Source: an uncultured Bdellovibrionales bacterium
GTDB taxonomy: Bacteria; Patescibacteriota; Minisyncoccia; Moranbacterales; UBA9337
DNA length: 64,000 nucleotides
Direction of reading: 5' to 3'
NCBI GenBank assembly: GCA_964605525.1
Contig: CAZSCV010000001.1
Coordinates: 82,424 to 146,423, forward strand
The notes beneath the pieces are model-generated. The model was not told where the DNA came from, searched no databases, and saw only the letters and a program-made list of their open reading frames with translations. Shown one piece after another: positions 46,642 to 56,181 of this stretch. How positions within the stretch are numbered: the first letter of the stretch is position 1; every line of letters starts with the position of its first letter. The position numbers and the translations under genes were made by a program.

Positions 46642-49365
46642 TTATATTTTTTCCAGATATTTTTCTAATTCAGAAATTTTTGTTTTTGCCTCAGCTAGTT
46701 TTTTTTGTTCTTGCTTGATGATTTCGGCGGGTGCTTTTTGAACAAAAGTCTTGTTGTTCAATTTGTTTTCCAGTCCGGAGATATATTTTTTCAAATTATC
46801 AATTTCTTTTTGGGTGTTTTCTTTCTCTTTTTTACTGTCAATAAGCCCTTCTAGCGGGATGTAGATATTGATTCCGGCAATAACGGTGTGCGCAGAGTTT
46901 TTAATCTCAGCTCCGTTTTTAGTTATCTTAATGGTGTCAATTCCGGTGCGCAGGCTTTTAATAATGTTCTCTTGAGAGCTAATCAGGGATTCATATTCTG
47001 GATTATTTTTAACATCAAAAATAATGCGGATTTTTTTCATTGGTTCAATTTTGTTTTCACTGCGAAGATTTCGAATAGAGATTATGATTTCTTTGATTAT
47101 GCTGAAGTGTATTTCATCCGCTTGAGAAGCGCTAGTAATCTCCCAATATTTTTCTTTGATTGGAAATTTTTCAATCATAAGCAATTTTTCTTTTCCTAAA
47201 ATACTCCAAATATTTTCCGTGACAAAAGGGGAGTAAGGGTGAAGAATTTTCAAAATATCTTCCAGAAGCATGTTTAAGATGATATTTTTTTCCGTTTTAT
47301 TGTCTTCAAATTTACTTACTTCGACATACCAATCGGCGAAATCATTCCAAACAAATTCTCTTATTTTTTCTATTGCTAAAGAAAAATTATAATTTTCTAT
47401 TTCATTTGTTATTTCTTCAATCAGATTCGACATTTTCTGCAATATCCAAAAGTCCGCCAATGTCAGCTTGTTTTTTTCTAACTGCAATTTTAAGTCGATT
47501 TGTTCCTTGTTCCTTGTTCCTTGCTTCTTGTCGATAATATAGCGGCTGATATTCCAAAGCTTGTTGATGAAATTTCGAGAGCTTTCCACTTTTTCTTCGT
47601 AGAATTTGCTGTCTTGCCCCGGGGTGATTCCTGATATCAAGCTCAGGCGAAGAGCGTCGGTTCCGTATTTTCGGGAAACATCCAGCGGATCGAGATTGTT
47701 TCCGGCGGATTTGGAAAATTTGTTTCCTTTTTCATCGCGAAGCATTCCGTGGATGTAGACATTCCTGAAGGGGATTTCATTCAGGTAATAAGTGCTCATC
47801 AAAATCATCCTTGCCATCCAGAAAAACAAAAGCTCCGAACCCATTTGCATCCAGCTGGTCGGGTGAAATATTTTTCTTTCGTCTTCAGTGAGGGTGGAGA
47901 ATGTCCAAAGACCGCTGGAGAACCAAGTGTCGAGCGTGTCCGGATCTTGTTTTACAGCGCCTCCGCAGAGGGGACATTTTTCCATTTTGGATCCGCTCAC
48001 AAAAGGTTTTTGACAATCCGGATTTTGGCAATACCAAACAGGAATCCTGTGTCCCCACCAAACTTGACGCGAGATGCACCAGTCGCGCAGGTTGTCGATC
48101 CAGTTGAAGTATATTTTTTCAAATCTTTCCGGCGTGATTCTTACTTTTTGATCCGGGTCATTGTTCAGTCCTGTCTCGACGGATTCTTTCATCAATTCCT
48201 TGAGAGTTTTTTCTTTTCCGGGAATTTTCTTGTTGACTGCGACGAACCATTGGGTCATGGGCAAAACTTCGACGATATCTCCGAATCTGTCTGAGGTGCT
48301 GACATTTTGCGTGATTTCTTCCTCTTTTTCCAGCAGGTTGTTTTGTTCGAGGTAGTGCGCGATTTCTTCGCGCGCGGTATCCGTGGAGATTCCGGCATAC
48401 TTTCCTGAATTTTTATTCATCAATCCGTCCTGTCCGATTACCTGGATGAGTTTTATTTCATTCCCTTGCGTTTTTTGTTTTTCCAGCATTTCAAAATCAA
48501 CCATCGAATGGGCGGGAGTAACTCCGACGGCTCCGGTTCCAAAATTTGCGTCAACCGAATCGTCGGCGATTACCTTGATTTTCAAATCGATTCCGCTTCC
48601 GGCAAAATCAGGAACTTCAAATGTTTGCCCGATATATTTTACGTACCTTTCGTCTTTCGGATTGACTGCGATGGCGGTGTCGCCCAGTTTTGTTTCCGGG
48701 CGGGTGGTAGCGATGGCGATCGGGAAGTCTTCGGAATATCTGAAAGTGTATAATTTTCCAATTCTTTCTTTGTATTCAAGTTCGTCGTCCGAGCAGGTGG
48801 ATTGTCCTTTGACCGACCAATTGACCACGCGGTGTCCGCGGTAAATCAGCTCGTCTTTGTACATTTTTTCAAAAACCTCATTGACGATTTTGCTTCGGGT
48901 TTCGTCGAAGGTATATGCCAGGCGCGACCAATCGCAACTGGTTCCCATTTTTCGGATTTGTTTCAGGATAGTGGATTTGGAGTTTTCGGCAAAAGAGCGG
49001 ATTTCTTCCAAAAGTTTTTCTCGGCCCAGTTCTTTTCGCGGGTCTTTGATGCCTTTTTCAATGAGAATTTTTTCCACTTTGGCTTGGGTGGCGACAGCGG
49101 CGTGATCGGTTCCGGGAAGTAGAAGCACTTTTTTCCCTTGCATTCTTTGGTAGCGTGCCATGATGTCCATCAAGGTATTTTCCATCGCGTGTCCCAAATG
49201 CAAAACGCCAGTCACGTTGGGAGGTGGCATCATAATTGAATAAGGCTCTCTGTTTTCAGGATTATCAACCCATGGTTGACCAACCTCTGGCTGGAAAAAA
49301 CCGGATTGCTCCCATTTTCGATATATTTCATCCTCAATTTCCTGAGGATTATATTGTTTTTCCAT
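46642..49365 (-). CDS. valS: Valyl-tRNA synthetase
   Basis: PPPNVTG.LHLGH, GTDHA, DWCISRQ, DTWFSS, KFSKS, C-terminal coiled coil. Confidence 0.97.
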   Translation of the reverse strand: MEKQYNPQEIEDEIYRKWEQSGFFQPEVGQPWVDNPENREPYSIMMPPPNVTGVLHLGHAMENTLMDIMARYQRMQGKKVLLLPGTDHAAVATQAKVEKILIEKGIKDPRKELGREKLLEEIRSFAENSKSTILKQIRKMGTSCDWSRLAYTFDETRSKIVNEVFEKMYKDELIYRGHRVVNWSVKGQSTCSDDELEYKERIGKLYTFRYSEDFPIAIATTRPETKLGDTAIAVNPKDERYVKYIGQTFEVPDFAGSGIDLKIKVIADDSVDANFGTGAVGVTPAHSMVDFEMLEKQKTQGNEIKLIQVIGQDGLMNKNSGKYAGISTDTAREEIAHYLEQNNLLEKEEEITQNVSTSDRFGDIVEVLPMTQWFVAVNKKIPGKEKTLKELMKESVETGLNNDPDQKVRITPERFEKIYFNWIDNLRDWCISRQVWWGHRIPVWYCQNPDCQKPFVSGSKMEKCPLCGGAVKQDPDTLDTWFSSGLWTFSTLTEDERKIFHPTSWMQMGSELLFFWMARMILMSTYYLNEIPFRNVYIHGMLRDEKGNKFSKSAGNNLDPLDVSRKYGTDALRLSLISGITPGQDSKFYEEKVESSRNFINKLWNISRYIIDKKQGTRNKEQIDLKLQLEKNKLTLADFWILQKMSNLIEEITNEIENYNFSLAIEKIREFVWNDFADWYVEVSKFEDNKTEKNIILNMLLEDILKILHPYSPFVTENIWSILGKEKLLMIEKFPIKEKYWEITSASQADEIHFSIIKEIIISIRNLRSENKIEPMKKIRIIFDVKNNPEYESLISSQENIIKSLRTGIDTIKITKNGAEIKNSAHTVIAGINIYIPLEGLIDSKKEKENTQKEIDNLKKYISGLENKLNNKTFVQKAPAEIIKQEQKKLAEAKTKISELEKYLEKI
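49265..49294 (-). repeat. 30-bp twin-hairpin element in-frame in valS
   Basis: Minus strand CCAGCC-AGA-GGTTGG TCAACC-ATG-GGTTGA; removal restores FFNP. Confidence 0.8.
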
Positions 49366-49464
49366 GGTTTTCTTTATGAACTGCGAATAATATTTTCAAT
49401 ATTGTTATATTAGCAGTAAATAAAGGAAAATTCAAGGTTTTTTATGATTGCAGTTTCAGGTAAA

Positions 49465-50196
49465 TTATTTTGTGTGTTTCCAGATGAATTTCAAGAGATT
49501 TTTTTGCAGTTGGGCGATGCCTGGGTTTTCGATGATGACAGCGACCAAATTGTCGAAAGAAATCATCGCCACATTGTCTCCCGCAATCAAAAGATCGACG
49601 GAAAATTCGAAATCTTTCGGTAAAAGCTTGGAAACGGTTGAATTTCCGCCCCATTTTTCTTTCACGTATTGGATGCCAAGTTTGGAATTCTTAACCAGAT
49701 CTCGAAGTTGTCCTCCGTTTTGATAAATATTGTCCACAAATTCCAAGCTGTCTTTTTCGGAAAAAACTTGAAAGTATCTATCGGCGGAAAACATGCTCCA
49801 TAAGGTTTTGGATGTTTTTGTCATTTCTCGGTAAACCGAACGCATTCCTTCTTTTCCTTCATAAAATCTAATTGTTGGCTTACTGGAATAGTGTTGGTAC
49901 ATTTTTTCCAATTCGGGAAAGACTTCTTTCATTTTCTTTTCCTTGCGCTCGATGATGTCGATCAATTTTTTCGGATCTTCGGGATAATAAAAAATTCGTT
50001 TGCCTTTTACGGTTTTACGGACGATATCTTTGGCGGATAAGTCATCAATGTATTGATAGATGGTGGCTCTTTTGATTCCGGAATTTTTGGCAATATCGGA
50101 AATGACGCTTTGTCCGAAGCGGAGGAGCGTCAAATATATCTTGGCTTCATTTTTATTGAGGCCGGCGAAGCTGATAATTTTTTCAATATTTTCCAT
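49465..50196 (-). CDS. TrmB-family transcriptional regulator
   Basis: GLNKNEAKIYL..GIKRATIY HTH, KPTIRFYEG. Confidence 0.9.
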   Translation of the reverse strand: MENIEKIISFAGLNKNEAKIYLTLLRFGQSVISDIAKNSGIKRATIYQYIDDLSAKDIVRKTVKGKRIFYYPEDPKKLIDIIERKEKKMKEVFPELEKMYQHYSSKPTIRFYEGKEGMRSVYREMTKTSKTLWSMFSADRYFQVFSEKDSLEFVDNIYQNGGQLRDLVKNSKLGIQYVKEKWGGNSTVSKLLPKDFEFSVDLLIAGDNVAMISFDNLVAVIIENPGIAQLQKNLLKFIWKHTK

Positions 50197-50397
50197 AATT
50201 CTATCGTAGTATAATTCTTACAAAACGTCAACTTTTCCGACACTTTTTTCAAAAACAAGAAAATATTTGGCTAAAAATAGGTATTTTAGCGAAAATTTTT
50301 AGAAAATATTTTGTAAAATTGTTAATAACTGATATTTTTTAACAAACAAAAAATTGGAAATCGTACCAAAGTTCTTTGATTTTGAAGGAGGTTGGAA

Positions 50398-50931
50398 ATG
50401 CAGAAGCGAGAGATTGTTTTTTTGCGACACGGGGAAGCAGAGGCAAGGAAAAAGGAAGGGGATGATTTAGGTCGCAAACTTACCGTAGCCGGTCGCGATA
50501 AAATTGCCTTTCTCGGAGAGTTTGATCTGGTTGTATCATCTCTTGCGGAGAGAGCAATTGAGACAGTGGTGATTGCTGCTGGCCGTCAGCCGGATGCAAG
50601 GATTGTTCCCTTGTCAACCCATCATTGGGATGGGGATTGGAAGGGGGTTGAGGCTGTTTTTATTAATCCGGGAAATATTTCCTTGAGAAATGCTTACCTT
50701 CAGGCTGATGAATGTCAGCGACAGGCAGGCTATGCCATATCGCGTGACGCCAAATTGGCGGTTTTTTCTGAAATCGCCAAAAAGGGATCGCCCATACAAC
50801 GCATTTTAATTTGCGGTCACACTCTGTTTTTGCAGGCATTGGCTATGGAGATGATCACAGATAGCGGGGATCAGGATCGGATTCTTGATATTGTTCTCGG
50901 CGAAGGAGAGTATTTCTCGATTATCGCATAG
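50398..50931 (+). CDS. Histidine phosphatase (SixA-like)
   Basis: LRHGEA, R.LT..G, SS...RA.ET, ICGH. Confidence 0.8.
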   Translation: MQKREIVFLRHGEAEARKKEGDDLGRKLTVAGRDKIAFLGEFDLVVSSLAERAIETVVIAAGRQPDARIVPLSTHHWDGDWKGVEAVFINPGNISLRNAYLQADECQRQAGYAISRDAKLAVFSEIAKKGSPIQRILICGHTLFLQALAMEMITDSGDQDRILDIVLGEGEYFSIIA

Positions 50932-50940
50932 TCGCTCAGT

Positions 50941-50984
50941 GACGCTCAGATACCCAAATTCGGGTATCTGAGCGTCTTCTTTTA
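50941..50984 (+). terminator. Long-stem intrinsic terminator
   Basis: GACGCTCAGATACCC-AAATTC-GGGTATCTGAGCGTC followed by T-rich tract. Confidence 0.75.
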
Positions 50985-51018
50985 AGGTTCCTGATTTGAT
51001 TTTTTTAAGAATATTATT

Positions 51019-53034
51019 ATGTTTACATTGTCGTTAGAAAAACTTTCAATAAAAGATTCCTATGTTGCCGGGAATAAGGCTGCCGTTTTGGGTGAGATAG
51101 GAAAGCTGGGAATAAATATTCCAAGAGGATTTGTGCTTTTTTCGTGCGCTTTTGATACTTTTTTAAATTATCATTCATTAACATTTGAAATATTTTCAAT
51201 CATCAGTTCGATTGATTTTGAAAGTGAACAAGACTTGAATTCAAAATCGGATAAAATAAGGAAATTGATAATGCGCAAAAATATTCCGGAAAAAATAGAA
51301 AATGAAATAATTGAAAAATACAATAATTTGAAAATTAAAACACTGGCAGTGAGGGCATCTTCTCTGGTTGAGGATTCTTTGAAAAATTCATGGGCTGGTC
51401 AATTCAAGAGTATTCTTGGATCAGCAGAGAAGACTCTTATGCGGGACATTAAAAAAGTGTGGGCATCATCTTTCTCGTCGCATATTTTGAAGTATCGCCA
51501 TGACAATAATCTTGAAAAATCCCCCTTTTCTTTGGCGGTAATAATTCAAGAGTTGCTGCATAGTGAGGTTTCCGGAGTAAGTTTTTCAATTGATCCTTTT
51601 TCGAATAATACCGAGGTGGTTCTGACGGAAGCCATAATCGGTCAAGGGGAGTCATTGGCATATGGAAAAATTATTCCCAATAAGTATATCGTTGAAAAGG
51701 AAAATGGCAAGCTGGTTGATTTTTATGCCGGAAGGCCAAACAAGATAAGTTCGTTGATGAAAAAGCAGGGTACGTTATTTGAATCGGAACAGATCCAGGA
51801 CATCCATCGGTTGTTGTCCCAAAAAGAAATCGAAACTCTTTCCCGATATGTAATTAAATTGGAAAATTTATTTAATTTCCCGGTTGACGTCGAGTGGTTG
51901 AAAACAGAAAAAGGGGAATTTTACGTAGTTCAAGCCAGATTCGTTACGACTGCAAATAGGATTAAGGATAAAACAAGTAAAAATTTCAATTCGCATATAA
52001 AGAAAGGTTCAAAATCTCTTTTGGCGCTTTCCGTTATGGATGTTTGGTATTACGGAGAGTATTTTTCCAGGGACAAGTTGGGTGGCGTTTTTATTGATCC
52101 GCTTTTTGTTTATCATCCAAAAAAAGGATTCGATATCTATTACCATAAGAAAAGCATCAAAAGCAATCCAATCGAACTTGTTGAATATTATCAAACAAAT
52201 TGGAATTTCGGATTACGCAAGGAAATCGACAAGTTTTTATGTACCTGTGACGAATTGAATAAATATCTGGAAAATTTTGAAGAAAAAAATATTTCAAAAA
52301 TCCTGGATATGTTACTCGTTATTTGGCCGGAAATAACCAATATAACCACCATTCTTGCCGCTGTTTCCAGGGGAGCGTGCATTGATCCTGAAATTAAAAA
52401 AATACTTGAAGAGGGCAGGATGAAAAGTGAAAAAATACCACACAATGCGTTTAAATTAATTTTCGAAGAGGCGGAGCGGTATTTGGATTCAAAAAATATC
52501 AGTAAGTTGCCATATCTTTCCGATTTTCTTACGCTTGAGGAAATTAGAAGCAAGAAATACAAAAAAGAATATCCGGCTATTTTGAAACAAATTGAGCATT
52601 ATGGGTCGTTTGCTTATTATTGCGGAAACGTTTATTTCGGAGAACAAATGAAACAATTGGTTCGGGAAAAAATAAAAAATAATTCCACTTCAAATCACGG
52701 CTCTGTTTTTAAAGATAATGTTTTTTTGGGAACATCCGTGTATCCGGGCAATGTTTCGGGAAAAGTGAGAAAGATTTTCAATTATTACGATATCTCAAAA
52801 ATTGAAGAAGGGGATGTCATTGTGGCTCTGGATATTTCTCCTGAATACTCAAAAATAATCAAAAAAGTCGCGGGCATAATTACGGAAGAAGGAAGTGAAT
52901 TATCCCACACTGCTATTTTAGCTCGAGAAAATAAAAAACCTTGCATAATTGGAGTGCAAGGAATAATGAAGGGACTAATCGACGGACAAAGAATTGAAAT
53001 GGACGGAAAAAAAGGATCGATAAAAATTATATAA
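51019..53034 (+). CDS. PEP-synthase/rifampin-phosphotransferase-like dikinase (ATP-grasp + C-terminal swivel His domain)
   Basis: GNKA, AVRASS..EDS..SWAGQF, DVEW..VQARFVT, LSHTAILARE. Confidence 0.82.
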   Translation: MFTLSLEKLSIKDSYVAGNKAAVLGEIGKLGINIPRGFVLFSCAFDTFLNYHSLTFEIFSIISSIDFESEQDLNSKSDKIRKLIMRKNIPEKIENEIIEKYNNLKIKTLAVRASSLVEDSLKNSWAGQFKSILGSAEKTLMRDIKKVWASSFSSHILKYRHDNNLEKSPFSLAVIIQELLHSEVSGVSFSIDPFSNNTEVVLTEAIIGQGESLAYGKIIPNKYIVEKENGKLVDFYAGRPNKISSLMKKQGTLFESEQIQDIHRLLSQKEIETLSRYVIKLENLFNFPVDVEWLKTEKGEFYVVQARFVTTANRIKDKTSKNFNSHIKKGSKSLLALSVMDVWYYGEYFSRDKLGGVFIDPLFVYHPKKGFDIYYHKKSIKSNPIELVEYYQTNWNFGLRKEIDKFLCTCDELNKYLENFEEKNISKILDMLLVIWPEITNITTILAAVSRGACIDPEIKKILEEGRMKSEKIPHNAFKLIFEEAERYLDSKNISKLPYLSDFLTLEEIRSKKYKKEYPAILKQIEHYGSFAYYCGNVYFGEQMKQLVREKIKNNSTSNHGSVFKDNVFLGTSVYPGNVSGKVRKIFNYYDISKIEEGDVIVALDISPEYSKIIKKVAGIITEEGSELSHTAILARENKKPCIIGVQGIMKGLIDGQRIEMDGKKGSIKII

Positions 53035-53036
53035 AT

Positions 53037-54233
53037 TTATCCCAGTTTCAAATTCGCGTTGGCTTCCAGGGTTTTCCAGTTTTGCAGGGCATCGCTTTTT
53101 TCTTTGCTGGTCATTTTTTGCCAGCGGAAAGCGGCGGCGCTGGCGATCATAGCGGCGTTGTCGCCGGTCAAAGCGATATCCGGCAAGCAATAATCAGTGT
53201 GCGGTAAATTTTTTTTAATCGCTTCGCCTAGCTGTTCGCGAAGCTCCTTGTTGGCACTCACACCGCCGGCGAGCATTATGGTTTTGGGTTGGAATTTTTC
53301 GGCGGCCCTCGCGGTTTTGTGGACAAGGACATCAATGGCGGCTTGCTGGAATTCGTGGGCGATTTCAGCTTTTAGTTTTTCTAGCTCGCTTGTTTCTATC
53401 TTTTTGACTTGATATAAAACCGCGGTTTTAAGCCCGGAAAAGGAAAAATTAAAATCTTTGGAATGCATCATTGGGCGGGGAAGATGGATGGAATTTTGAA
53501 TTTTGAATTTTGATTGCCAGCCCAGGGCTGGTCTCGCGCCTGAGGCGGACACGGCGCCTTGGGCGGAGAAATTTGCAGCAGCAGCTGCAATAGCTGGTCC
53601 TCCTGGGTACCCCAAATCCAAAATTCTCGCCACTTTGTCAAAAGCTTCTCCAGCGGCATCATCCAATGTTTGTCCGACGATTTCATACTGCAAATGATCT
53701 TTCATCAAAATCAATTGAGTGTGTCCCCCGGAAACGACTAAGCATAAAATGGGGAATTGTATTTTTGAATTTGAAAATTGTTTGGAAATTGCCAGCCCAA
53801 GGCTGGTCCGCCTTGGGCGGAGAAGTTGGTCATTGGTCATTGAGCTAATTTTATTTTCCGAAATAAAATTTGCGTAGATGTGTCCTTCAATATGATGGAT
53901 TCCAAGAAGCGGCTTTTTCCATTTGTATGCCAGAGTTTTGGCGGTGTTGGTTCCGACAAGTAATGCGGGAATAAGTCCGGGTCCGGCGGTAACAGCAATC
54001 AAATCAATTTTTTCGGGAGTAATTTTGGCAGTTTGCAAAGCCTCAGCAAGGACGGGAATTATATTTTTCAAATGTTCGCGCGCGGCAAGATTTGGTACGA
54101 CGCCTCCCCATTTGGCATGAAGTTTTACTTGGGAGGAAACAATGTTAGCAAGTATATTCAAATTACTGCCGTCAGATTTGAGGATAGCCACGGCAGTTTC
54201 ATCGCAAGATGTTTCAATTGATAAAATATTCAT
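53037..54233 (-). CDS. tsaD: tRNA N6-adenosine threonylcarbamoyltransferase TsaD (two in-frame insertions)
   Basis: IETSCDET, HHIEGH, VSGGHT, DDAAGEAFDK, FSFSGLKT, DNAAMI. Confidence 0.96.
   Translation of the reverse strand: MNILSIETSCDETAVAILKSDGSNLNILANIVSSQVKLHAKWGGVVPNLAAREHLKNIIPVLAEALQTAKITPEKIDLIAVTAGPGLIPALLVGTNTAKTLAYKWKKPLLGIHHIEGHIYANFISENKISSMTNDQLLRPRRTSLGLAISKQFSNSKIQFPILCLVVSGGHTQLILMKDHLQYEIVGQTLDDAAGEAFDKVARILDLGYPGGPAIAAAAANFSAQGAVSASGARPALGWQSKFKIQNSIHLPRPMMHSKDFNFSFSGLKTAVLYQVKKIETSELEKLKAEIAHEFQQAAIDVLVHKTARAAEKFQPKTIMLAGGVSANKELREQLGEAIKKNLPHTDYCLPDIALTGDNAAMIASAAAFRWQKMTSKEKSDALQNWKTLEANANLKLG
53517..53567 (+). repeat. Twin-hairpin element with nested 21-bp hairpin, in-frame in tsaD
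   Basis: CCAGCCCAGGGCTGG TC[TCGCGCCTGAGGCGGACACGG]CGCCTTGGGCGGA, 51 bp. Confidence 0.75.
53792..53821 (+). repeat. 30-bp twin-hairpin element in-frame in tsaD
   Basis: Exact reverse complement of 12494-12523. Confidence 0.9.
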
Positions 54234-54272
54234 ATAATCATTTTAGCATAAAACCGCCAGAAGGCGGTTTGT

Positions 54273-54331
54273 TTTGTAGCGCTACGGAGAATCCCAGCTC
54301 AAAGCTGGTGCGCCCTGGGCGCAGAACTCCC
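54273..54331 (-). pseudogene. Duplicated 3' end of tRNA-Glu with 30-bp insert in the T-loop
   Basis: TAGCGCTACGGAGAATC[54294-54323]GAACTCC. Confidence 0.85.
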
Positions 54332-54349
54332 GTTGCTGTTGTATTTTTG

Positions 54350-54421
54350 TAGCGCTACGGAGAATCGAACTCCGGTTACCAGGATGAAAACCTGGTGTCC
54401 TAACCACTAGACGATAGCGCC
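54350..54421 (-). tRNA. tRNA-Glu(TTC)
   Basis: CCAGG-TTTTCAT-CCTGG; complete cloverleaf. Confidence 0.95.
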
Positions 54422-54501
54422 TTGCATATTATGTTTATATCATCAAAAACCTAATTTTTAATAATATTTTTCTTATTTGATAATCTCTCCTTTGAGCATC
54501 G

Positions 54502-54574
54502 AGGATGCCACTCTGGTGGGTGGTCACCCGTTAGGGTGAAAAACCTGGTGTCCTAACCACTAGACGATAGCGCC
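54502..54574 (-). pseudogene. Duplicated 5' half of tRNA-Glu with 32-bp insert in the anticodon loop
   Basis: AGGATG[54508-54539]AAAACCTGGTGTCCTAACCACTAGACGATAGCGCC. Confidence 0.85.
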
Positions 54575-54668
54575 AAATTTGAAATTTAACTTTATCCAGC
54601 ATAACACAGATAAAAAATAAATCAAGGGTTGGTGGCAGATTTTTTATTTTGGGTGTAAAATTAGAATT

Positions 54669-55280
54669 ATGGAACAAACAGGACAACAAATTTTTCAATT
54701 TTTGGTGCATTACGGATATTGGGTAATGTTACCGCTTATGATTATTGAAGGACCGATAGCGACTATTTTTGCGGCGACTTTGGCGGCACTCGGCGCTTTT
54801 AATGTTTGGATTGTGCTCGTTTTTTCGATAGCCGGAGATACAATCGGAGATGTTTTGCTTTACGGAGCTGGATACAAATGGGGAATGGGATTTGTGCGTA
54901 ATTTTGGAAAATATATTGGTATCACAGAAAAACTGGTTCTCAAGATGGAAAAATATTTTGCCAGTCATGGCGGAAAAACTATTTTCGCAGTCAAGTCGAC
55001 CACGGGTCTTTGTTGGGCGACTTTCACGGCGGCGGGAATCGTGAAAATGGATTTTCGAAAGTTTTTGAAATATTCTATTTTAGGCGGGGTGGTATGGAGC
55101 GGATTTTTGGTGGCGATGGGATATTTCTACGGCTATCTGTGGAGGGAAATCAGTCAATATATCGATTGGATCGGCTGGGCGATCGGAGGAGTGGCAGTAG
55201 TTTCATTTTTCGGCATAACTTTGTACAAAAAATACGAATCCAAAAAACTTTTTAAGAATAATAACGGAAATAATATATAA
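54669..55280 (+). CDS. DedA/SNARE-associated membrane protein
   Basis: YG..IEGP, GD..LY.AG, AG..KM.FRKF motifs. Confidence 0.9.
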   Translation: MEQTGQQIFQFLVHYGYWVMLPLMIIEGPIATIFAATLAALGAFNVWIVLVFSIAGDTIGDVLLYGAGYKWGMGFVRNFGKYIGITEKLVLKMEKYFASHGGKTIFAVKSTTGLCWATFTAAGIVKMDFRKFLKYSILGGVVWSGFLVAMGYFYGYLWREISQYIDWIGWAIGGVAVVSFFGITLYKKYESKKLFKNNNGNNI

Positions 55281-55347
55281 CAAAAGGCGAGGATAAAAAC
55301 CTTTCTTTTTTCTTGTCCAAAATTGAAAAATGGCATAAGATTTGAGT

Positions 55348-56181
55348 ATGATTGAGAATGCGAAAAAAATATTTGGTAAAGTTAAGGGCGCGGCGTTTGC
55401 CGACCCTTATGTTTTATATAAAAAAGAAAAACATCTGTTGAATCAGCCATTTTTTTTTCAAGGAAACAACGATAAGTCAATACTTTTGACTCATGGATGG
55501 ACGACCACGCCGTATGAGTTGCGTCGGCTGGGAACATATTTGAATAAAAACGGATATACGGTTTATGCGCCGATGCTTTCCGGACATGGAACAACTTCAA
55601 ATGATTTGGAAGATGTGAGGTGGATGGACTGGGTTTATGATGTTGAAATAGCTTATGAAAAACTTGCCAAAGAAAATGAAAAAGTTTTTGTAGTGGGAAC
55701 TTCGATTGGGGCGAGCTTGGCTTTGATTTTAGCAAAAAAACATCCGGAATTGTCTGGTATTGTTTTGATGGCGACTCCGTATAAATTGCGTTTGGAAAAA
55801 ATAGTGGAATTTTTCATAACAATCGAAAGTAAATTTAGAAAATATCGAAAAAAGTTTTATCCGCCAACTTTTGGAAAAAGAGAAACGATTACGCGCTTAA
55901 TTTCCTATCAAACCTATCCGATTAAGAATGTCCTGGAGGCAGCGGAGGTTGTGCGGGAGGCGAGAAGAAATTTGAATTTGGTGAAGCAACCATGCTTATT
56001 GATGCAATCGACCAGTGATCATATTGTTTGTCGCAAAAGTATGGAAAAAATTTACATTCAAATCAGTTCAAAGATAAAAGATATGAAATATATCAAAAGA
56101 GCTTATCATACTTTTATTTCCGATATCAAAAATGAATATGTTTTTGACGATATTTTGGATTTTTTAAACCGATGCGCATAG
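55348..56181 (+). CDS. Alpha/beta-hydrolase (carboxylesterase/monoacylglycerol lipase-like)
   Basis: HGW, GHG, GTSIG nucleophile elbow, D..V and H near C-terminus. Confidence 0.88.
   Translation: MIENAKKIFGKVKGAAFADPYVLYKKEKHLLNQPFFFQGNNDKSILLTHGWTTTPYELRRLGTYLNKNGYTVYAPMLSGHGTTSNDLEDVRWMDWVYDVEIAYEKLAKENEKVFVVGTSIGASLALILAKKHPELSGIVLMATPYKLRLEKIVEFFITIESKFRKYRKKFYPPTFGKRETITRLISYQTYPIKNVLEAAEVVREARRNLNLVKQPCLLMQSTSDHIVCRKSMEKIYIQISSKIKDMKYIKRAYHTFISDIKNEYVFDDILDFLNRCA

Noticed and set aside
54273-54574. Split, permuted or intron-containing tRNA genes
   Set aside because: A complete uninterrupted tRNA lies between the fragments, the fragments do not add up to a full tRNA, and the inserts match a dispersed repeat rather than BHB or group I introns
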